Shown here in pieces: positions 13,085-25,326 of a DNA stretch of 64,000 nt. Numbering within the stretch: the stretch's first letter is position 1; each line of letters starts with the position of its first letter. The translations under genes and the position numbers were made by a program. The DNA is from Eledone cirrhosa (lineage: Eukaryota). The stretch is from NCBI GenBank assembly GCA_964016885.1, contig OZ024741.1:395126001-395190000 (forward strand), in the 5' to 3' direction. Below the pieces are notes generated by a model. That model was not told the origin of the DNA. It ran no database searches and worked only from the letters and a program-made list of their open reading frames with translations.

Positions 13085-14008
13085 ACATGGAATGAAACCG
13101 TGATGCGACCTAACTCCAGCTATTGTTTTGCAAGCATCAAACCATTCAGCCAATTTCAATTTCACTGCATTTTCTTGTACTTGATCTTTTGAAACAAAGA
13201 AAAATTCAACCCCATGAATGTTACCTTTTGCCCAGCTGTACATATCATGTGGTGTTAGAATTTGGTCATTAGCATTAACTGACTATCGAGGTACTCTTGT
13301 AATGCCTCTTTCCCAGGACACCGTTCACAGGCATGCAATATGCTATTTTAAATCCATGCTTTATGAATAAGTTGATCCTCTACAAAGCAGTGACAACTGA
13401 ATTTTCTAAAAATTCATAACTCTGAAAAGAAGCTCAGCAACAAAACCAAATTTGTCACATCATCTTCAGAAGTATAAGAATGCATGGTCAACTAAGGGCT
13501 TCAAATGGGCATTTTTTGAAATTGCACATATTTCAAAAACTTATTCTGACACTCCCATAATAGTAACTAACATAGCTACTGCTCAGAAATGGTCTACTAC
13601 ATGCTAAATAACAGGAAAACAATTGTGGTTGCTTTATCTAGTGTACCTATTGAGATAGAAATACCTAAAAGAAGCATACATTTGCTGTACGTTTAATTCT
13701 TGGCAATTTTCAGAGGCCTGTAGATGGAAAAATATACAAAATACACTTTATTTGATAAGATACTTGAACTCTAGAGTTGTGCTTACCTTATTAGAGGAGA
13801 AATGGTTGTCTCAAGTTGGTCCGAGAGGCTCGTTTGGAAAAAAATGTATAATTAATATTTTAAAGGCCTACAATTTCAAAACTATCAAAGATATTAATCT
13901 AATACTTGATATTTTTCCATCATATAGGTACAGGAACTAGTATGAATTTTTTCAGGGGATCTGAGTGGGTGACCTGGGACCCTCTGGGTGATTTGAGATG
14001 GAATGAAT
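13085..14008 (-). mobile_element. Deleted DNA transposon, probably Sola-like
   Basis: Minus strand has CERCPGKEALQEYLD joined to DQILTPHDMYSWAKGNIHGVEFFFV..KTIAGVRSHHGFIP. Terminal-looking TCATTCCATCTCAAATCACCCA near 14005. Superfamily assignment is from memory of motifs. Confidence 0.45.
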
Positions 14009-14044
14009 TTTAAGTGATAACAGTCCACAATTTGCCTCAGAAAT

Positions 14045-14340
14045 TGAACCTCTGTTGTTTCTGATGATGAATGCTCCAGTTAATTCAACTAACAGAACTG
14101 CCCACTTGTGAAATTAATATGTAACTGGCTGAGCATTCCACAGACATGTGCACACATAATAGTTCTCAGAGAGATTCAGCATGACACATTGTGATAAGAC
14201 TGGCCCCTTGAATTATAGGCACTTTATCAGCTGAGTGAAATAAAGTATCTTGTTCAAGCACACAACATGTTGCCTGGCCTGGGAATCGAACTCATGACCT
14301 TATGGTCATAAGCCCAGCACCCTAACCACAGCACCATGTA
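14045..14340 (-). mobile_element. Second tRNA-derived SINE family (CORE-like body)
   Basis: Minus strand head GTGGTTAGGGTG..GAGTTCGATTCCCAGG followed by TGTGCTTGAACAAGATACTTTATTTCAC. The same head occurs at 30180-30320. Confidence 0.7.
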
Positions 14341-16063
14341 CCTTAAAACAGTACATTATCTCTATTTTAACTAAGTAGTGCTCTATGTATTCCTTTAAAA
14401 GCATATTGAGAGTATGTAAGAAAACATCAACATTTATCTTCTATTGTAATACCTTTCATATGACATGGAATGAAACATCAGCAAAGTAACTTATCAGTAG
14501 GAGTCTAACTTCTCTATATAATCTGTTCAAATATACTTCCCATTTCTATTTTCTTTCTCCCTTCTCTCTCCCCTCCCTTCACCAGTTTCTCTTCTGTCTC
14601 TCTGTCTGTTTCTTTCTCATAAATGCCTACCCTTCCTCAAATCTACTATAAGAGAATACATTACCTTAAAAAAGATGTAATGTTGACAGTTGCAATTAAG
14701 GTAATCTGTTGAGGAGCTTTGAAATATAAGTGACCAACAGAGGGAAAAGGGCATTCTGGGTGTTGTAAGACAATTATTTAGTATTGGTGCCATCATAAAG
14801 CTTCCACCACTTTAACACCATCAGATAAAAGCCAACAAAAAGCCTGTACCAATCTGCTAACAACAAATACTAGCCAAATTTCCTATAAATCACACCTTAC
14901 CACCTTAAAAGGAAGATCATAAATGGACTGCCTGGAAAGATCAGAAGGTCTGCTCAATCTTGGATTAAACAACAACAAAATCTCTGGTGTCTTTAGCAGA
15001 ATTTTCAGTATTACTAGTATTCAGAACAAGACTTAAGTTTGAGTTTGATGCAGTCCTTCACTATACTTCTTCTAACTATGCCTTTCTTTGCATAGAGCAA
15101 TTACATGTCAGATAATACTGGTGTAAGTATTTTTCAGAAGAGGTTGATGATCTCAAATTATTATCTAGCATACATTATTGTATCCTAAGTCTTCCAGTTC
15201 ATTCCAGCAAAAATCATCATCATCATAATCGTTTAACATCCAATTTGCCATGTTTGCATGGGTTAGACGGGTTGTCACATTATGAGACCAACATGCTCAT
15301 ATGGATCTGTATTTTGGGTTAGTTTCTATGGCTTAGACTGGGTGCTTTTTGTTGTATCACCAGCATGACCATGACCACTTTACTGGGTGGAAAGGCAATG
15401 AATTGGCAAAACATTAGAGTATGAGGTATAATTTTTGGTATCTTGTGTTCTGTTCAAATTCTGCTAATGTCAATTTTGCTTTTCATCCTTCTGCGCTTGG
15501 TAATATATCACTCTATGGTGGCAAACTGATGGAATCATCACAATATTTCATGGGATGCCTTGCAGTGTTTGTTCTGATTTTTTGCCTTCTGAATTCAAAA
15601 TCCACTGTGGCCTACTTGTAACTATTATACCATTTTCGTTTTTGCATAACTTTTGAAAGGAAGATTTGATCTGAAATTTGCTGACCTTTCCTAAAATCTA
15701 TCCTGTTATATAATCACATAATTGATTAAAAAAGAACTCTGTTGCCATTGAAACAGCAGGAATTGAACAGGGTTATAAAATGATATTTTATTTTTCTTGT
15801 TACAAAATTTGATTATACAGCAATATCGCCAAACAAAATTACCAATCTAATGTATGTGTTTTGAATTGCATGGCAGTGGTTGCTATGGCAACCACGTCGT
15901 TTCCATGGCAATCCTGTGATTACCATGCCAACAATTTTTATACATTTTGTTAAATATCTGATATTGCATTGCTGTTTCATTTAGAAACAAAGACAGCAAA
16001 GAAAAGGAACACAATCTATATATCATGGATTACGTGAATATTAAGTTATATGTATCTTATAAC

Positions 16064-16129
<66 letters not shown>
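16064..16129. repeat. (TAG)n microsatellite abutting the CRE element 3' end
   Basis: About 22 perfect TAG units. Confidence 0.95.
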
Positions 16130-16131
<2 letters not shown>

Positions 16132-18990
16132 AATGAGAGAATGATAAAACCACGTTGTGATATTGTTAAGATGTGATACCAGGCAAAAATGCCTATCTTT
16201 GATGAGTTAATATATCTGTATACAACAACTATAACGGTACGCGATGGGGCCCACCCACAGTCCCGGCGGACAGAATAGAGAAGGAGCTTCCCCGGAGGAC
16301 AGCAAAGGACACATGCTGGAAAAGACACTCCAACTCGCGGGGCTCACACCTGCGTCTAGCAGGCTCAGCGCCTATGGTGGTGAGTAAGGAGTTAGCCCTG
16401 TGGCCGAGGACACCAGAAGTCTCCACTGCCAGGGGTACGACCGCAAACCTGTCGGAGAGCGACTGGTATTTCAGGAGTTTCGCCCCCTCAGCCCGACATG
16501 CAGCAGAACCTGCACCAGGTTGCAGCTGCAAAAAGTGTCGGTGCAAGTGGCATCCCAGATGAGGGGTTTGCCACCACGGAACGGCAAGATGGTCATGCCA
16601 TCTGGCCTTTTGCCATCCCCTCGATCCAGCCCCACCGGCTCGAACTGGGAAGGGAAGCCTGCAGCGTCCACGCCATACTTAATGACCTCGTTGAGGGCAG
16701 CATGGCGTGGAATGTGGCTGGCACTGTGGCGACAGGAAAGCAGGGGGAGGCCGAAAGAGTCCACGGTGGAACCGCAGCGACATTGGTGTGGCTGGCCGAT
16801 CCAGAGGCCGAGCCTCAGGGAAACGCCAATGCATAGGCTATGGTTGTCTAGCTGCGTGCCAGTGGAGAAGGAGGGCAGGGCATGGAGCCAGGCACCACTG
16901 TGGGGTTTGGAGGCCGCACGAAAACAAGCAAGGCAGTGCTGGTCGAGCTGGCGCGTGAGCCTGTCTGAGGCTAGGCTGCACTGGATGGCATCCCACGTGC
17001 GTTGGGGTGACTTGACGTCAACAGGAGGAGAAGGAGGAGGGACATCTACTGGGCTAAGTCCCAGCCAGTCCCACGTCTCACAGGTGGCCTCACATTCTCT
17101 GAACACAGAGGGTTCTGTTGTGTTTTGAAGAACCCTGCTGATGAGGACGCGGCACGAGGTTACCGACGAAAGATACGCCGGCAAAGCTATTGAGATTGGG
17201 GACCGGAGGCCAAGGCTGCCATACCTGACAGGTAAAATGGCCTGTTGCCACCCTATGTCGTCAAACTTGACGTTGCATATCTCCTCGGCTGCTGCTCGGA
17301 TACAAGTATTGAGGTCAGCGAGGAGAGATGTCTGGGTGTAGCACGGAGCACATTCCTCATGTCAAGCTTGACAATGAGGTGCCTGGAGTCCCTGGATGCC
17401 GGTTCCGATGGGCAGCTGTTGAAGAACTGCCTGGTTGCATGAGCGGCCCCCTCACAGCCACCGCACACGCCGACACCCAGTTGCACCGGACTGAACTCCT
17501 CACCCAGTTCGTGTGTTATGGACTTGCAGATCACCTTGGCAGCCAGCCTCCGAAAGACATTGCCCACAGCAATGGGGCGTATGCCACCCTCTTTCTTCCT
17601 GAGAGTGGTGAGGCTGGCTGAAAAAAAGAGGCCTCAGGCCTAAGGGTCCAGGGCACCATGGATGAGCCTATTGGTAAGCCCCACAATTGCACTCAGAAGG
17701 CGGCACCCAGCCTCAGTGGAGAGGGGAGATGTCAACTCCTTGAGGTGGCCTGGTCGGAGACCATCAACACCTCCGCAGCTGCTAGCTGAAAAGGACCTGA
17801 TGGTGGACATGATGTCTGCATCAGAAGCCACAAGGAGCAAGTAGGGATTGGGTGGGGGTATGGGTCTGAGATCAGTGGGTGGCTCAGGGTGTTTGAGTCA
17901 CAGAGCAGCCAGGACCTCCTCGGTGGGTTGGAGGACAGTGTCCTCTGAGGCAACAACTCTGACTGCGGCCGAGACATCACCCATGATAAGCTTGGCGCTG
18001 GCCTCGGGGGTGGAGGATAGGAGGTACCTGAGAGTGGGGTGTGTGGCGTTCCTGGGAACGCTTGGAATGGGCGCTCACCCAAAGGACGAGACATTGGCCT
18101 TGATGAAGGCTGCTGTTGACCGGCCACCCTGGTCAGCGCCAGAGCTGGGGAGGCCGAGGGTGAGTGGGGCGAAATAGAACAGCCGCTCCCAGTCACTGGC
18201 TCGATTGGAGTCCAGGGCGCTCTCAATTGAGGAACGGAAGGCATCGGCTACTGGCATCCTTGCTGCTCTCGGGGTCCTGAGTGGGATCTTCCGGAGCCAC
18301 CTGAGCCGAGCGATGTTGACCAGCGAGGCTCGGGCGTCAGGCAAGCTCGCTGTCCCATCTGGTGGAGTGCCAGATGGCCGTGGCTGGGAAGACATGAGGA
18401 AGAGGCAGCTCCTGCACCTCCACGCTGCGAGGGTATTGGAAGCTCGACGAGTCAAGCCAACACAGGTGAGGTGGTGGAAGCAGCTGCACCCCAAACAGTT
18501 CCGACCCCTCTTCCGTTTGTTAGTGGTGCTGCAAGTGCTGCAGGTGTTTGCTTGGAGGGATGGGGGATGGGGCGTGGGGTCAGGGACTGGGGCACCGAGC
18601 GGCATCAGGGGTGGGTGGCTGACGTGTATGGGTGGAAGGGAAAGTGCTGGTAAGAGGGCCTCATAGCTCACCTATATATATAGAGGTCTCAGAAAACAAG
18701 AGAGAAAAGAAGGGGCTGCATGGAGGGGGACACACAGGAAGGTAGAATGTTAGTAAATGAATGAGTGAATGGATGAATGTACAAAAAAAAGGGGGGGGGG
18801 AAACAGGGGGTTGTTCCCAGCAGAAAGACCCAGAGTTCAGCACGCACACATGCGAGCAACTTAGCAGTTTGTCATAGGACCTTGTGGCTGGAGGTAAGTC
18901 ACTGATGCTGGGGTTGGCTTCCTCTTGTTAATGATAGAGTTGTTGTTGTTAATGACACTGTTGTCGTCGTTGCCTTCCTCTTGTTAATGG
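16130..18990 (-). mobile_element. CRE-clade non-LTR retrotransposon (PHD finger, partial RT, CCHC plus restriction-like endonuclease), frameshifted, RT core deleted
   Basis: GC-rich island. C4HC3 PHD finger (18075-18671), RPIAVGNVFRRLAAK..QLGVG..KLDMRN, GAWLHALP, CRCG..LLSC..RHAALN, GDGKRPDG..IWDATCTD, FAVVPLAVETSG. Confidence 0.85.
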
Positions 18991-19408
18991 TGAAAATATA
19001 GAGCGAAATACAAAATCCACCAGCAGACAATTATATAAAAAAAGTATCTAGAAATAAAAGTCAACATTTCTGTCTGGGATATAAATATTTGTTTTACATT
19101 TTCGCAAACATCGTAACGATATTCTCAATGGATGTGCTTACAATATTTGAATATAACTAAACCATTGTGTCATTTAATTTGAAAAGTGGAGCAAAGTAAA
19201 AGGAGAATAGTGAATTTGGAGTGTCAATCCCTTGTGTTTTTTTGTTTTTTTTTCAATACCAGACTTACAGTTTTCCAGGATTTATAGACTCATTTGTTTT
19301 TATTTTTCCTTCAAAAGGATGGAGGCGTTTATCTCCTCATGAAACTAACATTACTTAATGATGTTCGTCATCTATGGCTTATTCATATGTATTATTTCAT
19401 AACTCTAT

Positions 19409-19787
19409 GGTGGATTGGCAGTATCGGTAGAGGGTCGGACGCCATGCTTTCCAGCATAGTTACGTCCCTTTACGATCTGAGTTCAAATCCCGCCGAGGTT
19501 GACTTTGCCTTTCATCCTTACGGGGTCGATAAAATAAAGTACCAGTAATGAACTGGGATAATTGCTGGCCTTGTGCCTAAAGTAGAAACAATTATATTAA
19601 CAGACGGTGGATTGGCAGTATTGGTAGAGAGTCGGACGCCATGCTTTCCAGCATAGTTACGTCCCTTTACGGTCTGAGTTCAAATCCCGCCGAGGTTTAT
19701 TTTCATCCTTACGGGGGTCGATAAAATAAAGTACCAGTAATGCACTGGGTAATTGCTGGCCTTGTGCCTAAAGTAGAAACAATTATT
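19409..19787 (+). mobile_element. Head-to-tail SINE dimer within one 18-bp direct repeat
   Basis: Copies at 19409-19596 and 19605-19787. ATTATTTCATAACTCTAT occurs at 19391-19408 and 19782-19799. Confidence 0.85.
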
Positions 19788-20651
19788 TCATAACTCTATA
19801 GAACTATTAGAATGTTTGTGCAGTGTTCTGTGTCCAGCCAGGTTTGTACAACAGGTAAGAAAAATGATGATTCGGTGACGGTTTCTTCTGATAGGAGCTT
19901 CTTCCATGTCGGAAGATCGAAGTGTGTTTTCTTGTCTTCTTCAATACTTTCATAAACGGCTTCGGAGATTTAAAACTTATGTTTCCATTGGTGCTTCCAT
20001 TTCCACACGGTTCTATTGTCTTATTTACAAAAATATATTTCTATATATTTCTTTATTTATTTCACTTCTTTTAGTATAATATAGCGAGTTGTCACCAGTG
20101 TCGTCGCATCGTTTTGAATCTAGCTTCTTGTGTAACACAGTCTTCGTTCAATTTCTATGTATTATATATTGTCAATTACGATTTTATTTGATGTATCATA
20201 TCTACATGTATATATACTTGAGTATAATATCAATATACACACTACACATGCTAGCATAAAACCACAAAACAGAGAATGTCTGACTCCCTAAAACTCGAGA
20301 ACCACCCAACCAATTGTTTTCAAACTTTACACATGTAATACTTATGGTCCTGTGAGTGTCCTAGGGACCGCATTAGGCGATTTAGCGATCTCTCTCTATA
20401 ACTCTTAGTCTTTCTTTTTAGATAGATACATAACAAGGGCGGTGCCCCAGCATGGCCTCAGCCGGATGGCTGAAACAGGTAAAAGAGTAAAAGAGATATA
20501 ATGTTGCGCCCTTATAATATCTGTCTGTATGTCTGGCTGTCTGCATTACGACATTATGACGCTATATGTGTGTATGTATATATGTATATATAGTGTGTGT
20601 ATATATATATATAGTGTGATACGTTTTTCGAAATATTTACTTCTGCGTTCA

Positions 20652-20725
20652 CAGATTGATATTTTTAGTTTCAGAAGATCCCGTTAAGGGTGAAAGCAGC
20701 GATTCTTTGCTTAAACTTTAATCTG
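20652..20725 (+). ncRNA. Type I hammerhead-like motif with variant core CAGAAGA (family A pLTR)
   Basis: Stem I AGTTT/AAACT extended by CAGATTGA/TTAATCTG, core CAGAAGA, stem II CCC-GTTAA-GGG, GAAA, stem III AGCA/TGCT, cleavage triplet CUU. Followed by (TA)n. Confidence 0.6.
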
Positions 20726-20728
20726 TTA

Positions 20729-20766
<38 letters not shown>

Positions 20767-20799
20767 TATATTCGTGTACAGATATTTTTGCATACACAA

Positions 20800-21030
20800 T
20801 AACAGGTGTTTCTGCCTGGCCGAAGAAGGCAAACTGTCCAAGTATCAGCCATTCTCTAATAGGTTTGAGGTAGAGCCTGTAGCAGTGGAGACTTCTGGTG
20901 TTCTTGGCTCCTGGACCACATCCCTGCTCACTGCTCTCAGAGCAGAGTTGGCTGCCAGCAGGTGCAAGCCCTGTGCCATCATCTGGGGCAATGTATTTTC
21001 CATCATGTTGGCTAGGATCAAGAGATGGAG
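20800..21030 (+). mobile_element. CRE-like 3' fragment
   Basis: AEEGKLSKYQPFSNRFEVEPVAVETSGVLG, homologous to ORF 16229-16546. Confidence 0.75.
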
Positions 21031-21639
21031 GGTAAGTTAGTTGGAGGTGGAGGGTACTCGTTCGGACATCACACATTTTCCCACATACTCAACCACTTAC
21101 ACAGTCCTTGTGGCCATCCTTGGAGAGTTAAGGAAGTATCCAATGATTTAACAACTTTGTCAAATTAACCACATATAACACATTAAATCTTTACTTATCA
21201 TTATCTCTGACACGGTCTCTCAAGATTAACCTGGACTTCTTTTTGACATTTCTAAATCACCATCTCTAGCCTATCAGATTGTTTGATCACTGCCTAATGA
21301 AGGCAACAGACCTTACTCCTTATACCTAATACTACCCAACTCCATACAAACAATACCTCAAATGAGGTGAATGAAGTTGTAAATGATCAAATCCTTTATT
21401 TACTAAAGTCAAGGACATTTTCTAGCAGTAAAAAATGGACATTAAATGATGTTGATGATGATGATGATGATGATGATAATGAGGAAGAGGAGAGGATGGG
21501 GAAAGAAAGAGGAGGAGATGGAGGAGAAGATGGAGGAAGAAAAGGAGGATGACGAAGATGATTGAGAGATGTATGGATGGAAACAAAAATAACAACAATT
21601 AACACAGCAACAAAGTCAAAATTAATAAAAGTGATAATT

Positions 21640-22190
21640 TCTTCAAAGGAGGTAGATCCCTCATCTGGGATGCCACCTGCTGCGACACGTTCTCTGCCTC
21701 CAACTTAGACGCTTCGGTCACAAACCCCGGAATTGCAACCCGCCTCACAGAAGAGCATAAAATAAACAAATACCGTGGTTTGTCCGGCTGCTTCCTCTTT
21801 GCACTGGTCGCCATCGAGACCTCAGGCATACTTAGACCCCATACTGCTGAGCTCCTCTGCAAGATCGGAGTGTCGGCGGCCCGTCTGAGGAGGGAGCCCC
21901 ACGAGGTTGGCTGGCTGTTGCAGCGGGTGTCACTGGCCATCGCCCAGGGGGAAGGCTTTTGCCGTTTTGTCAGTGGGGTGCAGTACTTCTGCCCTCTTGC
22001 CGTAGGCCCAATCACCCTCCCCCTCTCTTCTGCGATACCAGAACTCTTGCCATCCCCTCCTCTTCCAATCTTTTTCTTCTTTCATTTCTCTCCTTCTCTT
22101 TTTTTTATATATATTTCTTTTCTATATTTCCCTATTCTTTTTTTCCCTTTTGTTTCCCTTTCTTTTTTATTATTTCTATATTTAAAATAA
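21640..22190 (+). mobile_element. CRE-like 3' fragment with pyrimidine-rich 3' UTR
   Basis: FKGGRSLIWDATCCDTF..KINKYRGLSGCFLFALVAIETSG..WLLQRVSLAIAQG. Confidence 0.8.
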
Positions 22191-23616
22191 ACATTTCTTA
22201 CTTATGCATGAAGGTTTGAAGTAAGCAAAACATTTTGTTCAGGGATAATGAAACATCTATCATAAGATATATACTGAGGTTATATATTACTCAAGACTAA
22301 TCTATTATTCATTCACACTAAATTAAAAAAATAATAAAAAGATAATAATGACCTCCTTATTAATTATATGGCTTTTGGGGGAAAGGGTATAAGATACATA
22401 AGCAATAATCTCTGGGAACATTAACAATAACTTTCAGCAATAAAAGAACATTTTGTTTTCTTCCTTCAAATAAAATATGCTAGGGCATCTTTGTTCATAG
22501 AGACCTGTAAAGTGAGTTAGACTGAATAATATAGGGATACATAAACAAGCTACTATTTCAAATACAATATCAATCCAACACAGTTCTCAGCTTAGGTGAT
22601 TTTCTCTATCAGCTTACCATTAATACAACCTGTTATTGGACATCTCCTGCATTAGTTGCTTATCAGTTATCTAATTTTACAGTTTTATAGCCATATAATA
22701 TCCTTAGATATACCGATTAAAAATTCTAATTGGGCCCACATATTTATGTCTGCTTTTCCATACCTGCATGAGTGGGATAGGTCTTTTTCAGCACAACATC
22801 TCTCCACTCATTGTGTACCTTTGTCATCTTCTTTTTAAGCTTCAGTGATTTGAGATCAACTCTCATCACCTCCACCTACATCTTTCTTTACTGTGGCTTC
22901 TTTCTACTGGGATTTCTTGGCATTCCTTTACTCTGTAATTATCATAGTCTTCTCTCTTGCACACTATATCTAATTCCTCCAGTTTTTCTCTCAATTCTCA
23001 CACATTAACATTGCACATCTATCGAAGTATGCTTGCTTCATTTCTCTCCAGCCATTGCATATCCTCTGCCATCACTACCCATGACTTAGTACCTTGTTTC
23101 GCTACCATGTCTCACTACTATACATTTGAGAGAAGTCACAATACAATTACAGCATTAGAGTAGAGCTCCATAATGGTGACAGAAGCAAGGATACTGTAAA
23201 ACTGACCAGTGTTATATCTATAATGAAAAACACTGTATTTCAATGAATTAATGAAGAATTTGAAGGAATTTACTAGAATAATTATTTCTTTATCAAAATA
23301 GTATTTGTAATATAATTTAATAAAAGGTTCTCATGTAAAATTATGCTAGATTTTAATTTAACTAGGAATTGCCAGAGGCAGTTTTGGACAAGTTGGTATG
23401 AAAAGGTTAAGCTCAAATCCTCTTTTGGCCAAAACTTATAGTAGACTGGAATTTCTATAATAGAAGGTAATTTTATTCATCTTTACTCACACTATCAAAC
23501 TGCAAAATTATTTTTAGTTTTTTATTATTTAATTACTGTATTTCTAATAAAAAAACACTACCCACATGATTTTCAGAAGAAACATATGTAGTTTTCTTAT
23601 AATTAAGTTGGTGTGA

Positions 23617-23838
23617 GAGTGGTAGAAAGGCAGTATCAGTAAAGCATCAGACAAGGTTTTGTGGCATATTATTATGGCCCTTTACATTCCGAGTCCAAAT
23701 CCCACTGAGCTTAACTTTGCCTTTCATCCTCACAGGGTGGATAAGATAAAGTACCAGTTATACACTGGGGTCAATTTAATTAACTTTCTCCTTGCCTTCA
23801 AATTGCTGGTCTTGTGCCAAAAGTCGAAACAATTATTA
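23617..23838 (+). mobile_element. Older tRNA-derived SINE copy
   Basis: GAGTCCAAATCCC..AACTTTGCCTTTCATCCT..GATAAGATAAAGTACCAG..CTTGTGCCAAAAGTCGAAACAATTATT. Confidence 0.75.
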
Positions 23839-25326
23839 AGTTAGTGTTTGGACTATAACTTAAAGGTTCTTGCATAAAATTATGCTGAAAGGTTTTTAGA
23901 TAAATATAAATATTTTAAAATAAACAGCTTAATAGTGTAGAACTAAGGTCAGTTTCAGGTGATTTGGTCACAAAAAGGTTAATCAGGGGAAGTAAGACTG
24001 ACCCTTGAAAACCCCACAGACTAGTTAGATCAGCGTGGTTGATGTTCAACAGTTGTACGTTGATGAATGTAGGGAAAATAAGGACAGGAAGAGAATTCCA
24101 TGAGAATGAATAATTGGAGAAAGGTTTTTAGTGTAGGAGTTTGATGATGAAGAAAGTAATGAGTGACTTAGGCGGTACATAACTTGCTAGTTCAGAGCTT
24201 TATCAACAAATAAATAATTGTTTCTACATTTTGAAAAAATAGGACTTTCATTCCAAAGATAAAAATACTTTAGCCCAGACACCGTATTGCACCTATATTT
24301 CATCTTCTCATCAATATAGATTTTCCACCTATAAAAATATTGGAAGTACACATTTTTTCTTTCATGATGCTCACAGTGTCTTACATAAACCTAGAGCTAT
24401 ATCTATCTTGAATTTCCTTCCCACTTTTTTCCAGCTTGTGATGCTAAAGAGATTTAGGAGGGCTGGGCTACTGCAACAAAGTTCTTGTTATTGTTGGAGG
24501 CATGATTTACCAATGAATAAGGTGGTGATCACAAGGGTGCTTGGTTAATCCTTAGTGTTGCTATTGCCTATGGCAATGTTATGAGTGTGATGGCATGCCT
24601 AAAACATTATTGGCGGGAAACTCTGCATATGCTTTCAGGGATATATATAAAAACATTTTTTTTAATGCACTAATACAATCTTACTTCACATCTGTATGAA
24701 CTTTTTAACTAATGAAATGTCTTCTAAATATTTTCAAATCTCTCTACGGTAAAAAGTTTTAGAAAAATAAAAAGCACTACAATTTTATCTCATAAAAACA
24801 TCCTTTCTAGCAACTCCTGCTATTAATTAACAGCTTTAATGTATTTTAAAATATTTGTGAAAAAACTGATAATTCTTTACTTTTGCATGTCTAAAAAATA
24901 TATACACAAGCTTATGCTTTTGCTTTTATGATTGCCATTTGAATGCACAGGGCTTTGAATCCTGTATTATTGTTGATAATTTGTCTTATGATATTAATCA
25001 ATTTATTGTTATTTTTTATTATATTTTCTGAAGGCTTTTGAGTAACTTAACTGATAATATCTGTTTTTTCTCCTCAATTGACGAAATACTCTAGCCACTT
25101 TGAAACGACCGAAGATGTATAAATAAATAATAATACTAACCCTTGGTCTTATTGAATTTTGAATTATAAATGCTCTGCTACTATAACTGTTCATCCCTAT
25201 CAAACGTAGGGTAAAAATCTACATTGAGCTGAACTCATCTTACCAATGAAAATAGTGAACTATTATACTATAACCTCATATATTACTATAACTATATATA
25301 TTTATTTATATATACGTGTATATATA

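Noticed and set aside
15625-15950. Clustered GTTGCYATGGCAAC (RFX X-box-like) motifs
   Set aside because: More likely internal repeats of an old non-autonomous element; no gene context supports a regulatory call.
17138-17176. CTGATGA...GAAA inside the CRE element
   Set aside because: Antisense to coding sequence with no convincing stems I or III; chance match.
16374-18666. Plus-strand ORFs over the CRE element
   Set aside because: Antisense shadow ORFs of GC-rich coding DNA.
19810-20040. Stop-free stretch on minus and a CAGGTAAG donor-like site at 19852
   Set aside because: No recognisable product or partner exons, and the strands disagree.
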